DNA of 64,000 nt, taken from Mobula hypostoma. Lineage: Eukaryota. This document shows, piece after piece, positions 36,376 through 48,100 of the stretch; position 1 is the first letter of the stretch; the number at the start of each line of letters is the position of its first letter. Below the pieces are notes generated by a model. That model saw only the letters and a list, made by a program, of their open reading frames with translations. It made no database searches and was not told the origin of the DNA. The stretch spans positions 1,550,001-1,614,000 of the forward strand of contig NC_086108.1 of NCBI RefSeq assembly GCF_963921235.1, read 5' to 3'. The position numbers and the translations under genes were made by a program.

Positions 36376-38869
36376 GGACTCCCTGCCTCCCCAACTCGAA
36401 ACGGACCAGATCAAACCAAAACCCAAACTGGATTCTAAACAGAAAATAAAATCAAACATTCGTGATCCCGGTGCAACGTCAGCGGTTCCTTTCTTCCCTT
36501 AACTCGCCGAGCTTCTCCAGCACAATGTGCGTTGATACCAAACCTGAAATTAAATCAAAATGTTTCAGTGGTTGCATTTAATATCGGAGAATGTTTACAG
36601 TATACACCCTGCAATTCCTACTCTTCACAGACATCCACCAGACAAAATCCGAAGAATGAATTACCGAAAACGTCAGAACCCCAAAGTCCCCCACCCTTTC
36701 TCACCCATAAGCAGCAGCAAAGCATCAATCCTACCCCTCCCCCCCCCCGTTCGAGCAGAAAGCATCATCCCTCCCCACCCACCATGCAAGCAGACCAGAG
36801 GGGAGGGGGAGAGAGAGAGACTCAGCCTCTGACAGATACCTGCTGTCTTGACGTTAAACTCTCCCGCGATGTTTCAGTTGGCGACATCGGCGAGGAATCG
36901 GTTTGTCCACAGGGCCGCTCTTCAGGGGTGCAGCTGGAGACGTCGAAACGCCAGGCCGCTCTGCATGTTCTGAGAGTGCAAACCCGCTGTCCGCGAGGAA
37001 CAGCAGTCCGAGCTGCAACTGGACGCCACAGACCGCGACAGAACCCCAGCCACCTTGAAAAGAAAGGAAACCAGACATGACATGAAACTGTTCTGTGGAC
37101 GAACAGGAAGAAGTCACCCAGGTCCGCAGGGAAGACTGTGGAAGCTGGAATATGGGGTTAGAAATGATCGTTGGAGGAACTCGGCAGGTCGAGCAGCATC
37201 AGTGAGAAAATGCTGGAATCACCCAGCAGATGAGGCAACATCTTTGCCAAAGCCTTTGCCTTCTTAGATGCTTGAGGAAATCCAGCATGCAACTCTATCA
37301 AATTCCTACAGTTGCACACGAAGAAGGTGGCATCAGCAAACAACACGACCAAAGGCAGTCCACCAAACTACTGCTTTTGCTTCTTCTTTCAAAAATTATT
37401 CTGCTGTTATTGGAACATGCAATTTACATTGGAATGGTGATTTCTTGGGAGGATTGAGGAATATGGCACCTTGCTGTCTGCGAGGGAGTTTGGTGAGTTT
37501 TGAGACAGAGTGTGTTGTCTGGAGGCCAACAAGCTGGAGTCAGGGCGCGAGCCTATTTCTCGCTGATCTCGTCGTTCATTGTCCATTCATAAATCTGATG
37601 CCAGGGGCAATAATCTAAATACAACCAATTTATTACTGACAGTGCAAAGGCAATGGACAGGAGCTCAAGAAATTTTGATCGGTCCTGAAAAAGAGTTTCG
37701 GCCAATACGCCGACTGTCCAGTCCCCTGTATAGATGCCGCCTGACTGGCTGGGTTCCTCTGGTAGTACATGGGAGATGGATTTCTAGATAACATTGTTGT
37801 CCCTGCAGGCAACGGGCTACTTTGCAGCTGGTTTTGAAATTACTACACAAGAGATTCTACAGATGTTGGAAATCTGGATCTCTCTCCCTCTTTCTTTTGC
37901 CTGTTTTGCATGCTGGAGTTTAGGGCAGCAACGAAGGTCTTCCACCTCTGGAAGTGTCCAGGGCTTCATCTGGGTTTTCGCCTCTGTCAGTCACACAAGT
38001 CCCGGGCGGAGACTCAGGAATACAGTCACACTCAGATATAGAAGAATGCTTCATTGCTGTTTCTGAAACAGTTTTGTTTTGCCAGTCAGGGTCGTCAACC
38101 CTGAGCACTGAACTCCCGAACCTGGAGGACCGGTGTCTGCAGGAGGTACCGAAGCCTGAAGCCCCCCACCACCAAGTTCAGGAACAGCTGCTTCTCTTGA
38201 ACTGCCAGGTACTTCTCCAACCGGCGTGACCTTAACGCTACTTCAGTACAAAACGCCATGGACCACTTCTTGCCCTGACATCGATTCACCTCGGTTTTCC
38301 TTTCTGAGCACGCATATCTCGATTTGCCTTTTTCCTGTCTCTAATTATGCAGTAGTTGCTGAATTATGGTTGGGAAAAGGGGAAGGGAGAGGGGAGGGAG
38401 CAGGAAGCGCCAGAGAGACATTTTGTAATGATTGATTGTTTGGAATTAAATGACCCTGCCTGGTGTCTCAGGGCCAGGTGTGTCTGCACCCACACCACCC
38501 TTTCCTCTTGCCCTGGCACTCCCTCTCTGCCACCTGTCTGACGCCCTACGCACGGCGCTCCACCATTCCCAACGTCCTTCGCACCCACCAGATTTACAAA
38601 CTCACTCTCCGCTGCACATTGACAAATACAGTACTGTGCAAAAGTCTTAGGCACTCTAGCTAGACATATAAAATTTCATCAATAAACAACTGAATACAGA
38701 ATAAATACAGTAACTGAGAAAGCACAGACATAAGATGGAAAGGTCAAGTCTATCTTGTTGTAAAGAGATCTATTCTATAGTCTTATAACATAGAAGATGC
38801 TTGGCTGAACTTACGTGCCTGAGATGCTGCTCCAAGCAAACGTCATTATACCTGTACCTCACTATATGT

Positions 38870-39150
38870 CAAAGTTCAAAGTACATTTATTATCAAAGCA
38901 TGTATACTCGAAACAACCGTGACATCTGTCTCCTTGCAGGCAGCCACAAACCAAAGAAACACAATAGGACCCCTTTAAAGATAAAAAGCTGAGCAACAAG
39001 ACCATCAAATGCCCCATGTGTTTGAAAAAAAGAATACCTCGTACAACAATAAAAAAATAAACAAATAACATTAACAACAGATCACAGAAATTGAGTCCAC
39101 ACCCTCAGAGCCACTAAGACAAGTGAAGTGGGTCCAGGAGCAGGATATTC
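38870..39150 (-). mobile_element. Rex1-like LINE 3' tail abutting the satellite
   Basis: AAAGTTCAAAGTACATTTATTATCAAAG...CTTGCAGGCAGCCACAAA matches dispersed copies at 15300-15560, 30470-30740 and 7540-7680. Confidence 0.6.
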
Positions 39151-42100
39151 GCAGATCACAACCACGGAGTCAGATCAGCGCGTTGCGATGGTTGTAGATC
39201 ACAGCTGCAGTCAGTTCAGTGCTGCGCGATGGTCGTAGGCCACAGCCGCGGAGTCAGGTCAGCGCTGTTCGATGGATGTAGATCACAGTGCAGAGTCAGT
39301 TCAGCGCTGTGCGATGGTCACAGGCCACAGCCAAGGAGTCAGTTCAGCGCTGTGCGATGGTTGTAGAACACAGTGCGGAGTCAGTTCAGCGCTGTGCGAT
39401 GGTTGTAGATCACAGCCACAGAGTCAGTTCAGCGCTGTGCGATGGTTATAGAACACACTGTGGAGTCAGTTCAGCGCTGTGCGATGGTTATAGAACACAC
39501 TGTGGAGTCAGTTCAGCGCTGTGCGATGGTTGTAGATCACAGTGCGGAGTAACTTCAGCGCTGTGCGACGGTTGTAGATCACAGTGCGGAGTCAGTTCAG
39601 CGCTGTACGATGGTTGTAGATCACAGCCGCAAAATCAGTTCAGCACTGTGCGATGGTTGTAGATCACAGCCGCAGAGTCAGTTCAGCGCTCAGCGATGGT
39701 TGTAGATCACAGCCGCAGAGTCAGTTCAGCGCTGTACGATGGTTGTAGATCACAGCCGCAAAGTCAGTTCAGCGCTGTGCGATGGTTGTAGATCACAGCC
39801 GCAGAGTCAGTTCAGCGCTGCGCGATGGTTCTAGATCACAGCCGCAGAGTCAGTTCAGCGCTGTGCGATGGCTGTAGATCACAGTGCGGAGTCAGTTCAG
39901 CGCTGTGCAATGGTTGTAGATCACAGTTGGGAGTCAGTTCAGCGCTGTGTGATGGTTGTAGATCACAGTGCGGAGACAGTTCAGCGCTGTGCGATGGTTG
40001 TAGATCACAGTGCGGAGTGAGTTCAGCGTTGTGTGATGGTTGTAGATCACAGTGCCGAGTCAGTTCAGCGCTGTGCGATGTTGTAGATCACAGTGCGGAG
40101 TCAGTTCAGCGCTGTGCGATGGTTGTAGATCACAGTGGCGGAGTCAGTTCAGCGCTGTGCGATGGTCGTAGATCACAGTCGCGGAGTCAGTTCAGCGCTG
40201 TGCGATGGTCGTAGATCACAGTGCGGAGTCAGTTCAGCGCTGTGCGATGGTTGTAGATCACAGTCGCGGAGTCAGTTCAGCGCTGTGCGATGGTCGTAGA
40301 TCACAGTGCGGAGTCAGTTCAGCGCTGTGCGATGGTCGTAGATCACAGTGCGGAGTCAGTTCAGCGCTGTGCGATGGTCGTAGATCACAGTGCGGAGTCA
40401 GTTCAGCGCTGTGCGATGGTCGTAGATCACAGCCGCAGAGTCAGTTCAGCGCTGTGCGATGGTCGTAGATCACAGCCGCAGAGTCAGTTCAGCGCTGTGT
40501 GATGGTCGTAGATCATAGTGCGGAGTCAGTTCAGCGCTGTGCAACGGTTGTAGATCACAGTGCGGAGTCAGTTCAGCGCTGTGTGATGGTTGTAGATCAC
40601 AGTGCGGAGACAGTTCGGCGCTGTGCGATGGCTGTAGATCACAGCCGCAGAGTCAATTCAGCGCTGTGCGATGGTCGTAGATCACAGTGCGGAGTCAGTT
40701 CAGCGCTGTGCGATGGTCGTAGATCACAGTCGCGGAGTCAGTTCAGCGCTGTGCGATGGTCGTAGATCACAGTGCGGAGTCAGTTCAGCGCTGTGCGATG
40801 GTCGTAGATCACAGTGCGGAGTCAGTTCAGCGCTGTGCGATGGTCGTAGATCACAGTGCGGAGTCAGTTCAGCGCTGTGCGATGGTCGTAGATCACAGTG
40901 CGGAGTCAGTTCAGCGCTGTGCGATGGTCGTAGATCACAGCCGCAGAGTCAGTTCAGCGCTGTGCGATGGTCGTAGATCACAGCCGCAGAGTCAGTGCCG
41001 CGCTGTGTGATGGTCGTAGATCACAGTGCGGAGTCAGTTCAGCGCTGTGCAACGGTTGTAGATCACAGTGCGGAGTCAGTTCAGCGCTGTGTGATGGTTG
41101 TAGATCACAGTGCGGAGACAGTTCAGCGCTGTGCGATGGCTGTAGATCACAGCCGCAGAGTCAGTTCAGCGCTGTGCGATGGTCGTAGATCACAGTGCGG
41201 AGTCAGTTCAGCGCTGTGCGATGGTCGTAGATCACAGTGCAGAGTCAGTTCAGCGCTGTGCGATGGTTGTAGATCACAGTGCGGAGTCAGTTCAGCGCTG
41301 TGTGATGGTTGTAGATCACAGTGTGTAGTCAGTTCAGCGCTGTGCGATGGTTGTAGATCACAGTGTGTAGTCAGCTCAGCGCTGTGCGATGCTTGTAGAT
41401 CACAGTGCGGAGTCAGTTCAGCGCTGTGCGATAGTTGTAGATCACAGTGCGGAGTCAGTTCAGCGCTGTGTGATGGTTGTAGATCACAGTGCGGAGTCAG
41501 TTCAGCACTGTGCGATGGTTGTAGATCACAGCCGCAGAGTCAGTTCAGCGCTGTGCGATGGCTGTTGATCACAGTGTGGAGTCAGTTCAGCGCTGTGCAA
41601 TGGTTGTACATCACAGTGCGGAGTCAGTTCAGCGCTGTGTGATGGCTGTAGATCACAGTGTGTAGTCCGTTCAGCGCTGTGCGATGGTCGTAGATCACAG
41701 TGTGTAGTCAGTTCAGCGCTGTGGATGTTTGTAGATCACATTGCGGATTCAGTTCAGCGCTGTGCGATAGTTGCAGATCACAGTGCGGAGTCAGTTCAGC
41801 GCTGTGCAATGGTTGTAGATCACTGTCGCAGAGTCAGTTCAGCGCTGTGTGATGGTTGTAGATCACAGTGCGGAGTCAGTTCAGCGCTGTGCGATGGTTG
41901 TAGATCACAGCCGCAGAGTCAGTTCAGCGCTGTGCGATGGTTGTAGATCACAGCCGCATAGTCAGTTCAGCGCTGTGCGATGGCTGTAGATCACAGTGCG
42001 GAGTCAGTTCAGCGCTGTGCAACGGTTGTAGATCACAGTGCGGAGTCAGTTCAGCGCTGTGTGATGGTTGTAGATCACAGTGCGGAGACGGTTCAGCGCT

Positions 42101-45100
42101 GTGCGATGGCTGTAGATCACAGCCGCAGAGTCAGTTCAGCGCTGTGCGATGGTCGTAGATCACAGTGCGGAGTCAGTTCAGCGCTGTGCGATGGTTGTAG
42201 ATCACAGCCGCAGAGTCAGTTCAGCGCTGTGCGATGGTCGTAGATCACAGTGCGGAGTCAGTTCAGCGCTGTGCAATGTTGTAGATCACAGTGCGGAGTC
42301 AGTTCAGGGCTGTCCGATGGTTGTAGATCACAGTGCAGAGTCAGTTCAGCGCTGTGCGATGGTTGTAGATCACAGTGCGGAGTCAGTTCAGCGTTGTGTG
42401 ATGGTTGTAGATCACAGTGCGGAGTCAGTTCAGCGCTGTGCGATGGTTGTAGATCACAGTGCGGAGTCAGTTCAGCGCTGTGCGATGGTCGTAGATCACA
42501 GTGCAGAGTCAGTTCAGCGCTGTGCGATGTTGTAGATCACAGTGCGGAGTCAGTTCAGCGCTGTGCGATGGCTGTTGATCACAGTGTGGAGTCAGTTCAG
42601 CGCTGTGCGATGGTTGTAGATCACAGTGCGGAGTCAGTTCAGCGCTGTGTGATGGTTGTAGATCACAGTGTGTAGTCAGTTCAGCGCTGTGCGATGGTTG
42701 TAGATCACAGTGTGTCGTCAGTTCAGCGCTGTGCGATGCTTGTAGATCACAGTGCGGAGTCAGTTCAGCGCTGTGCGATAGTTGTAGATCACAGTGCGGA
42801 GTCAGTTCAGCGCTGTGTGATGGTTGTAGATCACAGTGCGGAGTCAGTTCAGCGCTGTGCGATGGTTGTAGATCACAGCCGCAGAGTCAGTTCAGCGCTG
42901 TGCGATGGCTGTAGATCACAGTGCGGAGTCAGTTCAGCGCTGTGCGATGGTCGTAGATCACAGTGCAGAGTCAGTTCAGCGCTGTGCGATGTTGTAGATC
43001 ACAGTGCGGAGTCAGTTCAGCGCTGTGCGATGGCTGTTGATCACAGTGTGGAGTCAGTTCAGCGCTGTGCGATGGTTGTAGATCACAGTGCGGAGTCAGT
43101 TCAGCGCTGTGTGATGGTTGTAGATCACAGTGTGTAGTCAGTTCAGCGCTGTGCGATGGTTGTAGATCACAGTGTGTAGTCAGCTCAGCGCTGTGCGATG
43201 CTTGTAGATCACAGTGCGGAGTCAGTTCAGCGCTGTGCGATAGTTCTAGATCACAGTGCGGAGTCAGTTCAGCGCTGTGTGATGGTTGTAGATCACAGTG
43301 CGGAGTCAGTTCAGCGCTGTGCGATGGTTGTAGATCACAGCCGCAGAGTCAGTTCAGCGCTGTGCGATGGCTGTTGATCACAGTGTGGAGTCAGTTCAGC
43401 GCTGTGCAATGGTTGTACATCACAGTGCGGAGTCAGTTCAGCGCTGTGTGATGGCTGTAGATCACAGTGTGTAGTCAGTTCAGCGCTGTGCGATGGTCGT
43501 AGATCACAGTGTGTAGTCAGTTCAGCGCTGTGTGATGGTTGTAGATCACATTGCGGAGTCAGTTCAGCGCTGTGCGATAGTTGCAGATCACAGTGCGGAG
43601 TCAGTTCAGCGCTGTGTGATGGTTGTAGATCACAGTGCGGAGTCAGTTCAGCGCTGTGCGATGGTTGTAGATCACAGCCGCAGAGTCAGTTCAGCGCTGT
43701 GCGATGGTTGTAGATCACAGCCGCAGAGTCAGTTCAGCGCTGTGCGATGGCTGTAGATCACAGTGCGGAGTCAGTTCAGCGCTGTGCAACGGTTGTAGAT
43801 CACAGTGCGGAGTCAGTTCAGCGCTGTGTGATGGTTGTAGATCACAGTGCGGAGACGGTTCAGCGCTGTGCGATGGCTGCAGATCACAGCCGCAGAGTCA
43901 GTTCAGCGCTGTGCGATGGTCGTAGATCACAGTGCGGAGTCAGTTCAGCGCTGTGCGATGGTTGTAGATCACAGCCGCAGAGTCAGTTCAGCGCTGTGCG
44001 ATGGTCGTAGATCACAGTGCGGAGTCAGTTCAGCGCTGTGCAATGTTGTAGATCACAGTGCGGAGTCAGTTCAGGGCTGTCCGATGGTCGTAGATCACAG
44101 TGCGGAGTCAGTTCAGCGCTGTGCAATGTTGTAGATCACAGTGCGGAGTCAGTTCAGCGCTGTGTGATGGTTGTAGATCACATTGCGGAGTCAGTTCAGC
44201 GCTGTGCGATAGTTGTAGATCACAGTGCGGAGTCAGTTCAGCGCTGTGTGATGGTTGTAGATCACAGTGCGGAGTCAGTTCAGCGCTGTGCGATGGTTGT
44301 AGATCACAGCCGCAGAGTCAGTTCAGCGCTGTGCGATGGTTGTAGATCACAGCCGCAGAGTCAGTTCAGCGCTGTGCGATGGCTGTAGATCACAGTGCGG
44401 AGTCAGTTCAGCGCTGTGCGATGGTTGTAGATCACAGTGCGGAGTCAGTTCAGCGCTGTGTGATGGTTGTAGATCACAGTGCGGAGACGGTTCAGCGCTG
44501 TGCGATGGCTGCAGATCACAGCCGCAGAGTCAGTTCAGCGCTGTGCGATGGTCGTAGATCACAGTGCGGAGTCAGTTCAGCGCTGTGCGATGGTTGTAGA
44601 TCACAGCCGCAGAGTCAGTTCAGCGCTGTGCGATGGTCGTAGATCACAGTGCGGAGTCAGTTCAGCGCTGTGCAATGTTGTAGATCACAGTGCGGAGTCA
44701 GTTCAGGGCTGTCCGATGGTTGTAGATCACAGTGCGGAGTCAGTTCAGCGCTGTGCGATGGTTGTAGATCACAGTGCGGAGTCAGTTCAGCGTTGTGTGA
44801 TGGTTGTAGATCACAGTGCGGAGTCAGTTCAGCGCTGTGCGATGGTTGTAGATCACAGTGCGGAGTCAGTTCAGCGCTGTGCGATGGCTGTTGATCACAG
44901 TGCGGAGTCAGTTCAGCGCTGTGCAATGGTTGTAGATCACATTGCGGAGTCAGTTCAGCGCTGTGCGATGGTCGTAGATCACAGTGCGGAGTCAGTTCAG
45001 CGCTGTGCGATGGCTGTAGATCACAGTGCGGAGTCAGTTCAGCGCTGTGCGATGGTTGTAGATCACAGTGCGGAGTCAGTTCAGCGCTGTGTGATGGTTG

Positions 45101-48100
45101 TAGATCACAGTGCGGAGACAGTTCAGCGCTGTGCGATGGCTGCAGATCACAGCCGCAGCGTCAGTTCAGCGCTGTGCGATGGTTGTAGATCACAGTGCGG
45201 AGTCTGTTCAGCGCTGTGCGATGGTTGTAGATCACAGCCGCAGAGTCAGTTCAGCGCTGTGCGATGGTCGTAGATCACAGTGCGGAGTCAGTTCAGCGCT
45301 GTGCGATGTTGTAGATCACAGTGCGGAGTCAGTTCAGCGCTGTGCGATGGTTGTAGATCACAGTGCGGAGTCAGTTCAGCGCTGTGCGATGGTTGTAGAT
45401 CACAGTGCGGAGTCAGTTCAGCGCTGTGTGATGGTTGTAGATCACAGTGCGGAGTCAGTTCAGCGCTGTGCGATGGTTGTAGATCACAGTGCGGAGTCAG
45501 TTCAGCGCTGTGCGATGGCTGTAGATCACAGTGCGGAGTCAGTTCAGCGCTGTGCGATGGTTGTAGATCACAGTGCGGAGTCAGTTCAGCGCTGTGCGAT
45601 GGTCGTAGATCACAGTGCGGAGTCAGTTCAGCGCTGTGCAATGGTTGTAGATCACAGTGCGGAGTCAGTTCAGCGCTGTGTGATGGTTGTAGATCACAGT
45701 GCAGAGACAGTTCAGCGCTGTGCGATGGTTGTAGATCACAGTGCGGAGTCAGTTCAGCGTTGTGTGATGGTTGTAGATCACAGTGCGGAGTCAGTTCAGC
45801 GCTGTGCGATGGTCGTAGATCATAGTGCAGAGTCTGTTCAGCGCTGTGCGATGGTCGTAGATCACAGTGCGGAGTCAGTTCAGCGCTGTGCGATGGCTGT
45901 AGATCACAGTGTGGAGTCAGTTCAGCGCTGTGCGATGGTTGTAGATCACAGTGCGGAGTCAGTTCAGCGCTGTGTGATGGTTGTAGATCACAGTGTGTAG
46001 TCAGTTCAGCGCTGTGCGATGGTTGTAGATCACAGTGTGGAGTCAGTTCAGCGCTGTGCGATGGTTGTAGATCACAGTGCGGAGTCAGTTCAGCGCTGTG
46101 CGATGGCTGTAGATCACAGTGTGGAGTCAGTTCAGCGCTGTGCGATGGTTGTAGATCACAGTGCGGAGTCAGTTCAGCGCTGTGTGATGGTTGTAGATCA
46201 CAGTGTGGAGTCAGTTCAGCGCTGTGCGATGGTTGTAGATCACAGTGTGGAGTCAGTTCAGCGCTGTGCGATGGTTGTAGATCACAGTGCGGAGTCAGTT
46301 CAGCGCTGTGCGATGGTTGTAGATCACAGCCGCAGAGTCAGTTCAGCGCTGTGCGATGGCTGTTGATCACAGTGTGGAGTCAGTTCAGCGCTGTGCGATG
46401 GTTGTAGATCACAGTGCGGAGTCAGTTCAGCGCTGTGTGATGGCTGTAGATCACAGTGTGTAGTCAGTTCAGCGCTGTGCGATGGTTGTAGATCACAGTG
46501 CGGAGTCAGTTCAGCGCTGTGCGATGGTTGTAGATCACAGTGCGGAGTCAGTTCAGCGCTGTGTGATGGTTGTAGATCACAGTGCGGAGTCAGTTCAGCG
46601 CTGTGCGATGGTTGTAGATCACAGCCGCAGAGTCAGTTCAGCGCTGTGCGATGGTTGTAGATCACAGCCGCAGAGTCAGTTCAGCGCTGTGCGATGGCTG
46701 TAGATCACAGTGCGGAGTCAGTTCAGTGCTGTGCAATGGTTGTAGATCACAGTGCGGAGTCAGTTCAGCGCTGTGTGATGGTTGTAGATCACAGTGCGGA
46801 GTCAGTTCAGCGCTGTGCGATGGCTGTAGATCACAGCCGCAGAGTCAGTTCAGCGCTGTGCGATGGTCGTAGATCACAGTGCGGAGTCAGTTCAGCGCTG
46901 TGCGATGGTTGTAGATCACAGCCACAGAGTCAGTTCAGCGCTGTGCGATGGTCGTAGATCACAGTGCGGAGTCAGTTCAGCGCTGTGCGATGGTTGTAGA
47001 TCACAGTGCGGAGTCAGTTCAGGGCTGTGCGATGGTTGTAGATCACAGTGCGGAGTCAGTTCAGCGCTGTGCGATGGTTGTAGATCACAGTGCGGAGTCA
47101 GTTCAGCGCTGTGCGATGGTTGTAGATCACAGTGCGGAGTCAGTTCAGCGCTGTGCGATGGTTGTAGATCACAGTGCAGAGACAGTTCAGCGCTGTGCGA
47201 TGGTTGTAGATCACAGTGCGGAGTCAGTTCAGCGCTGTGCGATGGTTGTAGATCACAGTGCGGAGTCAGTTCAGCGCTGTGCGATGGTCGTAGATCACAG
47301 TGCAGAGTCAGTTCAGCGCTGTGCGATGTTGTAGATCACAGTGCGGAGTCAGTTCAGCGCTGTGCGATGGCGGTTGATCACAGTGTGGAGTCAGTTCAGC
47401 GCTGTGCGATGGTTGTAGATCACAGTGCGGAGTCAGTTCAGCGCTGTGTGATGGTTGTAGATCACAGTGTGTAGTCAGTTCAGCGCTGTGCGATGGTTGT
47501 AGATCACAGTGTGTCGTCAGTTCAGCGCTGTGCGATGCTTGTAGATCACAGTGCGGAGTCAGTTCAGCGCTGTGCGATGGCTGTTGATCACAGTGTGGAG
47601 TCAGTTCAGCGCTGTGCGATGGTTGTAGATCACAGTGCGGAGTCAGTTCAGCGCTGTGTGATGGTTGTAGATCACAGTGTGTAGTCAGTTCAGCGCTGTG
47701 CGATGGTTGTAGATCACAGTGTGTAGTCAGCTCAGCGCTGTGCGATGCTTGTAGATCACAGTGCGGAGTCAGTTCAGCGCTGTGCGATGGTTGTAGATCA
47801 CAGCCGCAGAGTCAGTTCAGCGCTGTGCGATGGCTGTAGATCACAGTGTGTAGTCAGTTCAGCGCTGTGCGATGGTTGTAGATCACAGTGCGGAGTCAGT
47901 TCAGCGCTGTGTGATGGCTGTAGATCACAGTGTGTAGTCAGTTCAGCGCTGTGTGATGGTTGTAGATCACATTGCGGAGTCAGTTCAGCGCTGTGCGATA
48001 GTTGCAGATCACAGTGCGGAGTCAGTTCAGCGCTGTGTGATGGTTGTAGATCACAGTGCGGAGTCAGTTCAGCGCTGTGCGATGGTTGTAGATCACAGCC

